Notes: generated by a model from the letters alone, not told the origin. 64,000 bases of DNA from an uncultured candidate division Zixibacteria bacterium (GCA_963801605.1 CAWDFP010000007.1:32001-96000); one strand, 5' to 3'; counted from the first letter of the stretch, positions 18,875 through 30,389 are shown. Numbers and translations: made by a program.

Positions 18875-21101
18875 TTATAATACCTGCGACGGTTCTGCGT
18901 TCATCGCTTCCGATACCGCCATAAGCCTGTTTGATCCCCGATCATATCCTTCATTGAAGGCCGGGCCAAAAAACCAAATATGATATTTCTCGGTATTCCC
19001 CTCAGGTACTGAAAGGCACAATCGATATCGTTTTGGTTGATTCCATTTCATTTAACGGATCCAGCACAATCTTGTCGACTAACGAACCGGCGTTGTTTAA
19101 CTTCCGCCAGTAAGTTTTAAGAATTTCAAATTGAGGATTTTGTATAGAAAGTGATAAAATATCCTCTTTGATACTTTGCTCCTTGGTGATATTAAAAGCT
19201 GCGCAAAAAGCATTATTGGCATACAGGCTTCTGCCCCGGAAATCGGTGATTAATATCGGCTCTTCGAGATGCTCGAAAATCTGCTGGATAAATCCGGCTT
19301 TCTCCAGGGCTCGTTTATGCTCACTTATGTCTCGGACATTCCATTGTACCAGGGTATTCTCTCCGGTATAAATTATCGAAACCGTGACCAGGGCTGGAAT
19401 CTTTTGGCCATCGTGCGCCATATATTCTATTTCGCCGAGCCTTCCCCATCCGATCTTATTGACCTCCTGCCATAATCTTTTGGCGATATACATCTGAGGC
19501 TCGGGCTGCAATTCCCAGATATGAAAAGCCGTATATTCCGATTTAGTATATTTAAATAGCCTCTGGGCGGTCTCGTTGGAATCTTTGATCTTTCCGGTCT
19601 CGGGATCCACGAAAAATATGGCGTCTCCGGCCAAATCGACCGAAAATTTATAGAGCTTCTCGGAAGCCTTAAGTTTCATGTAGAGACGGCTGTTTTCAAT
19701 TACCGCTGATGCCTGCGATGCGAAAACCGTCAGCACCTTAATGTCATCTTCCTCAAAACATCGTCTGCCCATCTTGTATAATGTCAGGGCGCCGATCACG
19801 AGGTCCTTGGCCATCAGCGGCACCGAGAGCAGAGATTCTTCCTCATCCTTCGTGCCCGGAATAAGCACGGATATCTTGGATTCTTCGTTATAATTTTGAA
19901 TCCGCGGTTTACCATCGGCAACCACAGCGCCCGTCAGTCCCTGGCCTATCGGTAGCTCAAAATTCATAACCTCGGCCTCAAACGCTTCTTCCGAGGAAAA
20001 TATGGTTTTAACAATCTGCCGGGAGTGATCCAGAGAAAATATCACGCAGCTATCCGCCTTGGTCAGATTTTGTGCCGCCGCCGAAATAGCGTTTAGAACA
20101 TCCTTCATTTCCAGAGATGACGATAGGGCCGCGCTGGTTTCGTAGAAGCCTTTAAATTTGGTTGATTCATTTTTCAGACGAATTTCAAGTGACTCTCGTT
20201 CCTGTTCATCGTGAACGATGCAAAGCAGGTTGCACAGCTTTCCCTTGGTGCTGTGAATTTCATTGAGCCGCAGCATTACCGGCGTTCGTTTATCGCTGTT
20301 GCATATTAACCTGCATCGGATTTTCATCTGGCCGTCCGAGGAATTTGCCTTGAAACGCCAATCCGACGGAATATCAAAAAGCTCTATGGCCTCGCTTTGA
20401 AGAATCTTTTCGTTATCATGGCCGCTTAGTTTGGAGAATTCGCGGTTAGAATAAACAATTTTCCCCGATGGATCAATAATTATAAAAGCTTCTGCGATGG
20501 AATCAACAAATTCCTTCAGGTTGAAAGCAAAGCCTTGGTCAGATGATGTTTTACTCCTTAAGAAGCTTTTAAATAAGGCAGTACCTCCTAAGAGAATGCT
20601 CATACCGAGAGCTACTGACTGAGGAAGCGCACTCAGCTTTAACGCCCAGATAATCAGGGCAAATCCCAGGATTATTCTATTCAGTCCCTTGAATAAAAAT
20701 ATGGAAGTTAACAGCAACAGGATTGCAATTGCCGGGGCGCTGAAATAATAGTTGGGAGCCATATTCCAAATTGAATTCAGAATCAGGGAATATAATGTTA
20801 TGCCTGTTCCCGCCATTAACCAATTTAACGTTCCCCGGTTTTTCCCTTCCTGTTTTGCCATTTCGGCTGATACCGCCGCTGGCAGAAATAAGAGCATAAG
20901 AATGCAAAATTCGCTTGATACGGCTAAATCTGTCCAATTATTCAAGGCTAACAGCATTCCCTCAAAAATCAGATATATTGCTACTACAATTTCGGGAAGG
21001 TTTTCGGTTAATTGTCGCACGCCCGAGTTTGCCTTCATTCTAACGATATTTATCGCCAAAATGAAGCCCATCGAAATAATTATTATCTCATGATATGCCA
21101 T
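18875..21101 (-). CDS. Membrane-anchored PAS-GAF-PAS-PAS sensor without an output domain; apparent +1 frameshift near 19008
   Basis: N-terminal TM segments, PAS (IIIDPSGKIVYSN), GAF (GQGLTG, SLLSVPL), two more PAS. Removing one base after IVPF extends the frame (VPEGNTEKYHIWFFG...SQVL) to TAA at 18875. Confidence 0.8.
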
Positions 21102-21250
21102 AAGCTTATCCTCTTATAAATGCACCTTGATTTTATATCGACATTATTTATCGTAGAATTAGGAAAGAATGAGAATTCCACTCACAAAAAAACGGCATTA
21201 AACTGGGAAAAATATAATGCCGCCCTAAAGATCGATAATATAAATTTACT

Positions 21251-22675
21251 TTAATTAGGTAAATCTGCCTTCTGAATACAGAAGGTAAAATGAGAGCCAA
21301 CGCCTAATCTGCTTTCCAGTTGAAGCTTATGTCCGTGGGCCTGGATAATCTCTTTGGCCAGCGCCAGCCCCAGCCCGGCTCTATCCTGAGCGTCGATAGG
21401 CTCAACCTGGTAGAATCGCTCGAAAACCTTATCGATCTGATTTTGAGGAATTCCGCGGCCCGAATCCTCGATACTAACCGAAATCTCATCGCCGGCGTCT
21501 CTGCAGGTTATTCTTACATGTCCGTCGTCGGTAAAACCGATAGCATTTGAAATGAGATTTTCCAGCGCTAATGTCATCCATTTCCTATCGATCATCACGC
21601 TGAAATCATTCGACATCAGCTTCATTTCGAATTTTAGTCCCTTATGCCTGGCCTTAGCCTTGAACTGCTCATAGACGGGCTCCATGAACGTTTTTAAGGA
21701 TACCGGTTTCAGATCCAATATCGTTTCGCCATGTTCGAGTTGTGATATATCGATCAGGGTTCTAATTATTTCCTGTACCTTTTTAATTTGCTCAAGCGCC
21801 CGGCATAACAATGCCCGATGATCCTCATTGCCCGATTTATTGAGTTCGACGATGCTCCTTATTTGCCCTTGAATTTCCAGCAGGGGCTGCTCCAGCCGCT
21901 CACCGATTTGCCCGAAAAAATCCCTTTGGGTCATTTTAAGCTTTGAAAGGTCCCCTTTGGCCCGGTTGAGATTATCGACGATATCGTTAAGGGCGTCCGC
22001 CAGGTCGCCAACCTCATCCGGACTTTTAATATCTATTTTCTCCGGCGATTCGCCCTGGCGGATATGCTGAGCTAATATGGTAAGTTTTTCGAGTTGACCG
22101 GTGATTTTCGCCGATACCCAGAAGGCTACCGCAATGAGCGCCAACAGGCTCAGAAAACTTGACCAGAAAATCACTTCACGCATACGAGCTTTTAGCATGG
22201 AGACTCTGCTGTATGATTTTACCTGCAATAGCAAATCGCCGTTGGAAAGCTCCGTTTGGACCTGCAAATATCGGTTCATTCCGATATTGATAAATTTATG
22301 CCTAACTTTATCCGAAATATCCTGAGCGCTTTTTTCGATAGGAATAGACAATAGAAATACGGAATCAGCCGGAGGCTCGTCGTAGTGGCGCGAAAGAATA
22401 TCGCTGTTTTTTGAAAGTAGAAATACGCTGGTGCCCGTTATTTTGGAGATTTCCGCAGTCAGGCTGTCCGGATTGAACGGCGCATTCGCCATTGAGAGAG
22501 CGCCTGCAACCTGGCCGGCAACCCGCATTTGCTGAAGGTACATGCCATCGAAAAAGATATTAACCTGATTGAAAGCATAAATGATCGCCGGTATTGCCCC
22601 GGCCAAAAAAAGCAGCGAGAAACTCAAGGCAATTCTAACCTTGATTCGCCTTAAAAATTCAAAATTCAACTTCAC
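21251..22675 (-). CDS. PhoR-like membrane HAMP-DHp-HATPase sensor kinase with degenerate H-box
   Basis: Two TMs, HAMP (SPDEVGDLADALN), NLISNA, DSGRGI, FERFY, GLGLA; H-box reads FFGQIGERLEQPL (no His). Confidence 0.85.
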   Translation of the reverse strand: MKLNFEFLRRIKVRIALSFSLLFLAGAIPAIIYAFNQVNIFFDGMYLQQMRVAGQVAGALSMANAPFNPDSLTAEISKITGTSVFLLSKNSDILSRHYDEPPADSVFLLSIPIEKSAQDISDKVRHKFINIGMNRYLQVQTELSNGDLLLQVKSYSRVSMLKARMREVIFWSSFLSLLALIAVAFWVSAKITGQLEKLTILAQHIRQGESPEKIDIKSPDEVGDLADALNDIVDNLNRAKGDLSKLKMTQRDFFGQIGERLEQPLLEIQGQIRSIVELNKSGNEDHRALLCRALEQIKKVQEIIRTLIDISQLEHGETILDLKPVSLKTFMEPVYEQFKAKARHKGLKFEMKLMSNDFSVMIDRKWMTLALENLISNAIGFTDDGHVRITCRDAGDEISVSIEDSGRGIPQNQIDKVFERFYQVEPIDAQDRAGLGLALAKEIIQAHGHKLQLESRLGVGSHFTFCIQKADLPN

Positions 22676-22780
22676 CCGGCCGCTCTCTCATTCATCAAGG
22701 GAAATATGTATCATTACCCAATTCCAAAAGCAAGGCAAATCGACTGTTGCTCCGTTCGATAAAACCAATATATTGTCGTT

Positions 22781-23980
22781 ATGACAAGGTCTTACTGGCA
22801 AATTAAGGGCGATCATCTGGTGCGCCCGCCAAAACCCGAGGGCGCCGTTTCTCGCGTTTGCGATATTGCTGTTGTCGGAGGCGGCCTGCTGGGCATCTCA
22901 ACTGCCCACTACCTCAAATCCCTAGGATGCAACCGAGTTATTGTCCTGGAAAAAGAGCATGTCGGTTATGGGGCATCCGGGCGTAATGCCGGTTTTCTTC
23001 TTTCGGGAATGGCTGAGCCATACTCGCGCCTGTTGGTCGGCATGGGCCGCGATTGGGCCATGGCGCTCATGAAAGCGACAATTGAAAATCATGACTTGAT
23101 TGCTAATGTCATCTCCGAAAAAAAGATTTCTTGCAATTATCAGAGGATCGGTTCATACCATCTCGCCGTTACGGATGCTGAACGTCGCGAACTGGCCGAT
23201 TCTGTCGAGAAGCTTCAAAAGGACGGTTTTACCGGTGAGTTTTTCGGCGCTGGAGCCATTGCCGCCAATTTGGGATTTGGAAACTATACTGGCGGCTATT
23301 TCTGCCCTGTAGACGGTAATCTCGATCCTTACGCCTTTGTAAATGGTTTAGCGGACGGTCTTGATATTATCGAGGGGTTCGATGTCAGATCGATTCGTAA
23401 GATTGGCGGCCAGGTAGAGCTGTTGGGGGATATCGGATCAGTTAAGTCTGAAATGATTGTATTAGCCACTAATGCCTACTCGCCTTTGCTCGATGATTAT
23501 TTCAATAATATGATTTTTCCGGTCCGAGGCCAGATGCTTGCCACAACCGCCGGGCAGAATAAACATTTAGCTAAAACCACATATTACGCCAATTTTGGCT
23601 ATGATTATTTCCGTCAATCGCCCGACGGGGCCATTCTTATGGGAGGCTTACGGGATAAGTTCATCGAAAGCGAGGTAGGTTTTTCCGATGATCTCAACCC
23701 TGCCCTTCAGAAAGGATTGGAGGATTACGTTCATGCCAATCTCGGGCTGGATTCATTTGAGGTAGAGTACCGCTGGAGCGGACTGATGGCCAACACTATC
23801 GATGGCCTACCGCTCGTAGGCGCTTTGCCTCACAATAGCTCCGTGGTGGCCGCCGTCGGATGCAATGGCCATGGCTTTGGACTGGGAATGATTATTGCCC
23901 GCGATGTTGCCAGGGCGCTCGTGCTTGGAGAGACGTCCGATCTCCTGAAACGGTTTTCCCTGAAACGATTCGCCAGATAA
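22781..23980 (+). CDS. FAD-dependent oxidoreductase (DAO family, PuuB-like)
   Basis: DIAVVGGGLLG, GASGRNAG, LATNAY, WSG, GCNGHGF. Confidence 0.88.
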   Translation: MTRSYWQIKGDHLVRPPKPEGAVSRVCDIAVVGGGLLGISTAHYLKSLGCNRVIVLEKEHVGYGASGRNAGFLLSGMAEPYSRLLVGMGRDWAMALMKATIENHDLIANVISEKKISCNYQRIGSYHLAVTDAERRELADSVEKLQKDGFTGEFFGAGAIAANLGFGNYTGGYFCPVDGNLDPYAFVNGLADGLDIIEGFDVRSIRKIGGQVELLGDIGSVKSEMIVLATNAYSPLLDDYFNNMIFPVRGQMLATTAGQNKHLAKTTYYANFGYDYFRQSPDGAILMGGLRDKFIESEVGFSDDLNPALQKGLEDYVHANLGLDSFEVEYRWSGLMANTIDGLPLVGALPHNSSVVAAVGCNGHGFGLGMIIARDVARALVLGETSDLLKRFSLKRFAR

Positions 23981-24040
23981 TCCTCAATAGGGAAGATCGC
24001 CTGTAAAATCATCTATATTTTATTTTGATTGAAAAAGTAA

Positions 24041-24685
24041 TTATATTCTTAGCGACGCAATCGCCTTATCGTATCCCTTGGAATTAAAAATATAATCTCC
24101 TGCTACAATCAGCGATGCGCCATTGGCTGCCGCCCTTTTCACGGTTTCGCTATTTAGCCCGCCATCAACCTCGATCTCAAACCGATAATTTTTATCACGT
24201 TTAACCTTATCAGCCTGCGCGATTTTGGGCAGCATGGCTTCAATAAACTTTTGCCCGCCAAATCCGGGGTAGACAGTCATTATCAAGAGCAGATCGATAT
24301 TGGCCAGGTAATCCGAAATTGCCTCTATCGGAGTATCCGGTTTGATACTGATTCCAAATGATTTTCCCAGGGCTCTCGTCATCTTAAGTAATTCCGAAAT
24401 CGGCCTTTTCACTTCCGAATGCACTGTGATATTATCGGCTCCCGCCCTGGCAAATTTTTCGATAAATTCCTCGGGATTGTCGACCATCAGGTGAACGTCG
24501 AGAGGCAGTCTGGTAATCTTTCGCACCTCGCTGACAAGTTTTGGACCAAAAGTCAGGTTGGGGACAAAATGGCCGTCCATGATATCTATATGAAGCCAAT
24601 CGGCGCCCGCTTTTTCGACTGCCTTAATTTCATCTTCGAGATGCAGAAAATCTGCTGAAAGAATTGAGGGCGCTACCTTGGTCAT
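24041..24685 (-). CDS. rpe: Ribulose-phosphate 3-epimerase
   Basis: APSILSADF, HIDIMDGHFVPNLTFG, DVHLM, MTVYPGFGGQ, EVDGG. Confidence 0.97.
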   Translation of the reverse strand: MTKVAPSILSADFLHLEDEIKAVEKAGADWLHIDIMDGHFVPNLTFGPKLVSEVRKITRLPLDVHLMVDNPEEFIEKFARAGADNITVHSEVKRPISELLKMTRALGKSFGISIKPDTPIEAISDYLANIDLLLIMTVYPGFGGQKFIEAMLPKIAQADKVKRDKNYRFEIEVDGGLNSETVKRAAANGASLIVAGDYIFNSKGYDKAIASLRI

Positions 24686-24687
24686 CT

Positions 24688-25470
24688 TTATTCCGTTGAT
24701 GTTACAGTCAGGTTTATGGCGCTCCATTTTTTGACATCTTGTCCGGCTTCTACCGATTGCGCCACTACGGTCTCCGGAAGCAGGTTTTCATTCTCGGCGT
24801 AATTTAGATCGCCAATAAGCAGGTAATTCTCTTCGGCGACCGCTTTTGCTTTTTCCAGATCAAGTCCGATAAAATTCGGTACTTTTACCATCATCTCAGT
24901 CTCAACCCGATTTACCACCAACTCCACGTCGGCGTTCAGTTTCATCACTGTACCGGCGGCCGGATTGGAACTGATTATAACTCCATCTGGACGGGTTTCA
25001 TCGGCGTACCAGGTGATATTACCTTGGCGAAGCCCCTCTTTTTCGAGAAGCAGGCGTGCCTCACGTAGCGTAAATCCCTCGAGCGTTGGCACGGTGGCCG
25101 AGGCTGATCCCTTACTAATTGTTAATACTACTCTTCTGCCTGTCTTGACGACTGCCCCGCCCTCGGGTACCTGTATTATAACTGTGCCCTTAGGACGCTT
25201 GGGGTCGTACTCTTCGCCGCCCATTACGACTGATAGGTTGGCATCTTTGAGACGAGCTTCTGCGGCTTGAAATGAGAGATCGATTACATTGGGAACATTC
25301 GTTTCTGCGCCTTGCCTGGTCCAGGCCGGCATGACGATAACATCGGCCAAAATTAACAGGACAAAAAACCCGGCTAAAAAAGTCCCTGCCATAATCCCCA
25401 ACCGGATTAAATTTTCCCTGCCGATTCGCTCCACTATCTTTTCGACTATTTTCTTAAACTTATCTCTCAT
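24688..25470 (-). CDS. Membrane protein with three PASTA domains
   Basis: TM followed by three VP(N/T)xxG repeats. Confidence 0.9.
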   Translation of the reverse strand: MRDKFKKIVEKIVERIGRENLIRLGIMAGTFLAGFFVLLILADVIVMPAWTRQGAETNVPNVIDLSFQAAEARLKDANLSVVMGGEEYDPKRPKGTVIIQVPEGGAVVKTGRRVVLTISKGSASATVPTLEGFTLREARLLLEKEGLRQGNITWYADETRPDGVIISSNPAAGTVMKLNADVELVVNRVETEMMVKVPNFIGLDLEKAKAVAEENYLLIGDLNYAENENLLPETVVAQSVEAGQDVKKWSAINLTVTSTE

Positions 25471-26800
25471 GATCTTTCCTTAAAAGAGCAAATCCGCCGC
25501 CTCCGATTTCATGCTTATGCGGCCAAGTTCTGTAAATGCCCGGCCTGGTAGCGAAAGGAGCTAACAACTCGCTCCGCTCGCTTTCGAGTTTGAATGAAGT
25601 GTTTGTCTTCAGAAATCGATCAATCACATCCTCAATCTCATCAGGCTCTGTTGTGCAGGTAGAATATACCAGACGGCCGCCATCGGCAAGCAGATTTGAC
25701 GCTTTTTCAAGTAAGAGACTTTGTATTTTTGCCAGGGCCTTAATGTCATTTTCCTTTTTAGTCCATCGCAGATCGACATTTTGCGATAAAGTACCTAAGC
25801 CGCTGCAGGGAACATCAAGCAGAATATATCGGAATTTTCGCTCCGGCGCAAATTCAATCAGGTCAGATTCTATAAATTCAATATTTTCAAAACCGATCCT
25901 TTTTACATTTTCCCGCACCTGCTTGAGTCGCACCGGGTTTATATCGAGCGAGAAAACTTTGCCCTCAGAACCGACCCTATCGGCCAATGCGATCGTTTTG
26001 CCTCCCGGCGCCGAACAAAGGTCGATCGCCTCATCCCCCGGGTCGGGAGCGAGCAGATGTACCGGTAGGCCTTGCGATTGGTCCTGCACCATTAAATAGC
26101 CTTCTTGAAATAATCTGCTTTTAATGATAGGCTGGCCATCAGTCGCGGTTATGAAATCACCGAAATATCTGGCCGGCTCAACTTCCAACCCCTCATTTTT
26201 CAATTCATCCAAAACACTTTGTCTGTTAATCTTTCTATTGATTACCTTAAAAAATGTTTGGGAACGGGCGTTATTGACAACGAGCATTTTCTCCGTCTCG
26301 TCATAGCCAAATCTGGAATGCCAGCGTTTTACCAGCCACTCCGGATATGAGTAATAGCTCGAAAGGTAGGATATAGGATCTTTTGTCTTATCGGGAAATT
26401 CAACTTTATTCGGTTCTCTGAGGTATGATCTCAAGATGGCATTAACAAATCCGGCATCGCGCTTCATTCCTTCATCGGCTGCCAGCCGAACCGTTTGATC
26501 CACCGCCGCAAATTGCGGAATTCCGTTCATTTCTGTAAGCTGATATAATCCGATTCTCAGGGCCGCCAGTACCTTCGGTTTTTGGGCGCGTATGGGAGCC
26601 TTAACAAATGCTTGAGCGATAAAATCAAGCTTCTTCAGATATCGAATCGTCCCTTTGGTAATTTCCCAGGCCAGCGACTTGTCACGCTCCTTAATTGCAG
26701 GATCAATTAAGCTCCCGAGAATTTCATCGGGGTCGCCTTTGGTTTGCTCAAATTCCCTGACAGCCTCCCAGGCGATTTTGCGGGGATTACTGAGCTTCAT
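25460..26800 (-). CDS. rsmB: 16S rRNA m5C967 methyltransferase (Sun/RsmB)
   Basis: NusB-like N-terminus, QDQSQ, DLCSAPGGK, DVPCSGLG, YSTCT. Confidence 0.93.
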   Translation of the reverse strand: MKLSNPRKIAWEAVREFEQTKGDPDEILGSLIDPAIKERDKSLAWEITKGTIRYLKKLDFIAQAFVKAPIRAQKPKVLAALRIGLYQLTEMNGIPQFAAVDQTVRLAADEGMKRDAGFVNAILRSYLREPNKVEFPDKTKDPISYLSSYYSYPEWLVKRWHSRFGYDETEKMLVVNNARSQTFFKVINRKINRQSVLDELKNEGLEVEPARYFGDFITATDGQPIIKSRLFQEGYLMVQDQSQGLPVHLLAPDPGDEAIDLCSAPGGKTIALADRVGSEGKVFSLDINPVRLKQVRENVKRIGFENIEFIESDLIEFAPERKFRYILLDVPCSGLGTLSQNVDLRWTKKENDIKALAKIQSLLLEKASNLLADGGRLVYSTCTTEPDEIEDVIDRFLKTNTSFKLESERSELLAPFATRPGIYRTWPHKHEIGGGGFALLRKDHER

Positions 26801-29340
26801 ACCAAATCCAACGGCTCGATTAACCTCTGGCCCGATTTATGAAATTGATTTTTACGATGAATCGTCAAAGCCTTGACCAGACCAGGATCGATCCCTAATC
26901 CGAATATCGGAATTTCCTCCGGCTTGATATGACCATCGGATGTTTGCGAAACCTCCAGTAGAATCCCCATTTCGCTTGTCGAAAGATTTTCGATAAACGG
27001 GCCGGCGTCAATCTGAGATTTCTCGCCATTTTTTATCCGCGTGACTAAAAGAGTTTTATCTCTGACGATATTCGCCAGTTTCTCCGCGTCATACCGGATT
27101 CCCTCGATCAAGGGGATTTCATAATGAGCTAAGTTTAGCTGCTTGGTTAGCGACGCAATATTGGCGAAATAATATTTATATCCGGTGATTTCCAAACCCG
27201 GCGGCATGGCCGCTTTGAGTCTGTTCATATACTCTTCACGGAACGGCTGAGAAAGCTGAAGATCGAAATACTCGGCCTCTGATGTGTACCCCAACGGCAG
27301 CGGTTGCCCGAATGAAATCTTGATATGGGGATGATAGCCCTCGCTGTATGCCACCGGAATTTCGCCTCGGCGAAGAGCTCTATATAGAGTCCTGATAATA
27401 TCGAGATGCGACAGATAGCGAATTTCCTCGCCGCGCGAATAGCGGACCCGAATCTTGTAGCTGCCCGGCGTTGACGATTGTTTTACGATTCGCTTGGGTT
27501 TCCTGCCAAAACCGTTATCGGTTTGGGTTTTGGTACTCACATTATTGCCGCGATCAAATGCTGTAACCGGAGGAATCCCTTCTTTGGATTTCAAATTATC
27601 GCTTTTAAGAAACTCCTTTGAGATTCCCTTTTCGATATGATCCCAGGGGAGAGGAGCCTCGAGATCGATTGCCTCCGAATAATAGGCGGGATCGATCTGG
27701 CATTCGGCAAAAGCCTCATACCATCTTTGAGCGGAAAACCATTCTGACCAGCCGTCGAGACGCGATCCTTTTTGCCAGGCCCTTAGAATCACTTTCGAGA
27801 GCCGCCTGTCGCCTCGCCCGATAATTCCTTCGATTGCGGATAAATCCAAATCGCGATACTTAATATTAATATTGGGTTTGCGAACGCCGCTGATAATCCT
27901 ATCTATTTTGCGTTTCAAATCAATTATGCCAACCTGCTTTTCCCATTGCCACGGAGTATGCGTTTTGGGATTAAACGGCGAAATAGATACATTGACGTTG
28001 CATCGTCCCTTTTTCTGATGAGCCAAAAAGGCGACATGACGCAGAATAGTTACTATGCCATCGATATCTTCGACAGTTTCAGTGGGCATTCCGATCATAA
28101 AGTATAGCTTGAACGACTGCCAGCCGTTATCGAGTGCGGTTTCGATTGCCCTGTATATTTCCTCATCGCTGATATTTTTCCCTGATGCTGCTCTCAGCCT
28201 TTCCGTCCCGGTTTCAGGAGCTAATGTCAAACCCGATTTACGCGCCGACGAGATTGCCTCCAAAATCGAGGACGTAATCGTCTCGGGCCTCAGCGATGGC
28301 AGTCCCAGGCCAACTCGTTGTTCGCTTAACCGAGGATTGATTTTGGTCAGAAGTTCGCCCAGATGTTTATAATCTGTCGATGAGAGCGAAAGCAGGGTCA
28401 CATCATCGAGACCGGTGCAAAGTAAGCCTGAGAAAATTTGCGATGCTACCTCATCTGCCGGCCGTTGGCGACGGGGCCGATACTGATAACCCGCCTGGCA
28501 GAAACGGCAGCCCCTGACGCAACCGCGCATGATTTCCACTGATAAATGATCGTGTGTTGTTTCGATGAATGGTACGATTGGATTTGATGGATAATTTTCG
28601 GCCTTCAGCTCGTGCACGCTTCTAACTTTAATCTCATCGGGGGCGTAAGGATTCAATTTCTTAAGCGCTGAAAATCCGCCATCCGGATTATATTCCGGCT
28701 CATAAAACCGAGGAACATAGACTCCCGAAATCTGCGCCAACTGCAATAAAGTCTCTTCACGCGAAAGCCCCTGAGCCTTTGATTGCTTTATCGAATCGAT
28801 TAGTTCGCCTATCGCTTCTTCGGCATCACCTATAAAGAATGCATCGATAAACTCAGCCATCGGTTCCGGGTTGAGTATCGATGTGCCGCCCGCGATAACC
28901 AGCGGATCGCTTTGCGTTCTATCTTTTGAATGAATGGGTATACCGGCCATATCCAGCATGTTGATAGCCGTAGTGAATGTCATTTCGTATGTCAGATGCA
29001 GCCCCAGAACATCGAATTCTTTAAGGGGTGTAGATGATTCCAGAGAAAAGAGGGGGACGGCGTTTTTGCGAAGAGCCTCTTCCATATCGGGCCAGACCGC
29101 AAACGCCCGCTCGGCCAGGCTATCAGGCCTGCGATTTATAATGTGATAGAGTATCTGCATCCCCTGGTATGACATCCCGATCTCATACATTTCCGGAAAG
29201 CAAAGCGCGATTTTTATTAGTCCGGCATCATGACGCTTGTGGATTGCATTGAGTTCATTTCCCACATAACGTCCGGGCTTGATAACAAAGGGAAGGATCT
29301 CTTTGTTGAGGCGATTCCAAAGACTGTGTTTATATTTCAA
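26797..29340 (-). CDS. B12-binding radical SAM protein fused to a C-terminal radical-SAM-linked (DUF2344-type) domain
   Basis: KPGRYVGNE, YEIGMS, RGCVRGCRFCQAG (CxxxCxxC); C-terminal YLSHLD...YSEGYHPH.KISF..PLPLG..S.AEY. Confidence 0.9.
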   Translation of the reverse strand: MKYKHSLWNRLNKEILPFVIKPGRYVGNELNAIHKRHDAGLIKIALCFPEMYEIGMSYQGMQILYHIINRRPDSLAERAFAVWPDMEEALRKNAVPLFSLESSTPLKEFDVLGLHLTYEMTFTTAINMLDMAGIPIHSKDRTQSDPLVIAGGTSILNPEPMAEFIDAFFIGDAEEAIGELIDSIKQSKAQGLSREETLLQLAQISGVYVPRFYEPEYNPDGGFSALKKLNPYAPDEIKVRSVHELKAENYPSNPIVPFIETTHDHLSVEIMRGCVRGCRFCQAGYQYRPRRQRPADEVASQIFSGLLCTGLDDVTLLSLSSTDYKHLGELLTKINPRLSEQRVGLGLPSLRPETITSSILEAISSARKSGLTLAPETGTERLRAASGKNISDEEIYRAIETALDNGWQSFKLYFMIGMPTETVEDIDGIVTILRHVAFLAHQKKGRCNVNVSISPFNPKTHTPWQWEKQVGIIDLKRKIDRIISGVRKPNINIKYRDLDLSAIEGIIGRGDRRLSKVILRAWQKGSRLDGWSEWFSAQRWYEAFAECQIDPAYYSEAIDLEAPLPWDHIEKGISKEFLKSDNLKSKEGIPPVTAFDRGNNVSTKTQTDNGFGRKPKRIVKQSSTPGSYKIRVRYSRGEEIRYLSHLDIIRTLYRALRRGEIPVAYSEGYHPHIKISFGQPLPLGYTSEAEYFDLQLSQPFREEYMNRLKAAMPPGLEITGYKYYFANIASLTKQLNLAHYEIPLIEGIRYDAEKLANIVRDKTLLVTRIKNGEKSQIDAGPFIENLSTSEMGILLEVSQTSDGHIKPEEIPIFGLGIDPGLVKALTIHRKNQFHKSGQRLIEPLDLV

Positions 29341-29540
29341 GTAAATTTATCTCCATTGCTCCACGATCTGCCAAAATTTTATGCTTATAACAGCACCTTT
29401 CACGTTGCGATTTTTACGCTCAGCCAAACAATATAAGCTTATCAGGGAGATATGGCAATAACTCCAAACAAGCGCAGGGAATTCATGTAAATAGAATTCC
29501 TGCTCTTCAAATATTCCTGTCTATTGCCTTTGATTTCTCG

Positions 29541-29577
29541 TGTGTCGGGTCTTTGGCCCCGGCGGTGACCCGACACA
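29541..29577. repeat. REP-like palindrome
   Basis: TGTGTCGGGTC-15 nt-GACCCGACACA (11 bp perfect stem) between divergent genes. Confidence 0.55.
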
Positions 29578-29652
29578 TCGAAAGAAGGTGGATAAAAGAC
29601 AGAAGCTGCTTGTGGGAAAAATTTTGAGGAATACTCTTCCTATATTGAGCAT

Positions 29653-29681
29653 TTGACATTCACTCATTCTTAAAGTATATT
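29653..29681 (+). promoter_or_regulatory. sigma70-type promoter for lemA
   Basis: TTGACA-17 nt-TATATT. Confidence 0.65.
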
Positions 29682-29753
29682 TCGCGACTAACGGGTTTTA
29701 TATCCGTCGATGAGGGGTTTGGGCGTCAATAAGACAAATTTGAGGAGTAGCCA

Positions 29754-30336
29754 ATGGCTTTATCAAAAGGCGCGATAATCGGAATCGGGATTGTGGCTGT
29801 CCTGCTCGTTCTTATCTTTATGGCCGCTATTTCTATTATAGTACCCTACAATAAGTTAACTAAATTAGAAGTCGAGACTCAAAGAACCTGGGCCGAGGTT
29901 GATAATAATCTTCAACGCCGAAGCGACTTGATTCCTAATTTGGTCGAAACTGTCAAGGGTTATGCTACCCATGAAAAAGAGCTGTTTGAGCATATCGCTG
30001 ATGCTCGCGCCAGGTTGGGCGGAGCCACCAATATCAATGATAAGATGAACGCTTCTAATGAATTGAGCGGATTGCTTTCGCGTCTTATTGGTGGTAGTTG
30101 AAAATTATCCTCAACTCAAAGCCAATGAAAACTTCCTGCAGCTTCAGAATCAACTTGAGGGCACCGAAAACAGATTGGCGGTTGCCCGTAATAGATATAA
30201 TCAGGCAGTTACGGATTATAATACCAAGATCAGGCAGTTTCCCTCCAATGTAATAGCCGGTCTCTTTGGATTTACTGCCAAGCAATTCTTCGAAGCCCCA
30301 GAATCTGCCAAACAGGTTCCTCAGGTCGCTTTTTAA
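29754..30336 (+). CDS. lemA: LemA family protein; apparent +1 frameshift near 30088
   Basis: YNKL, WAEVDNNLQRRSDLIPNLVETVKGYA, then VVVENYPQLKANENFLQLQ..LEGTENR; removing one T gives LSRLMVVVENYP. Confidence 0.93.
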
Positions 30337-30389
30337 GGTCTTAGCCGGAATTAGTAAATTGTATCGGCCAGGATCAAATTCTAAAAATA

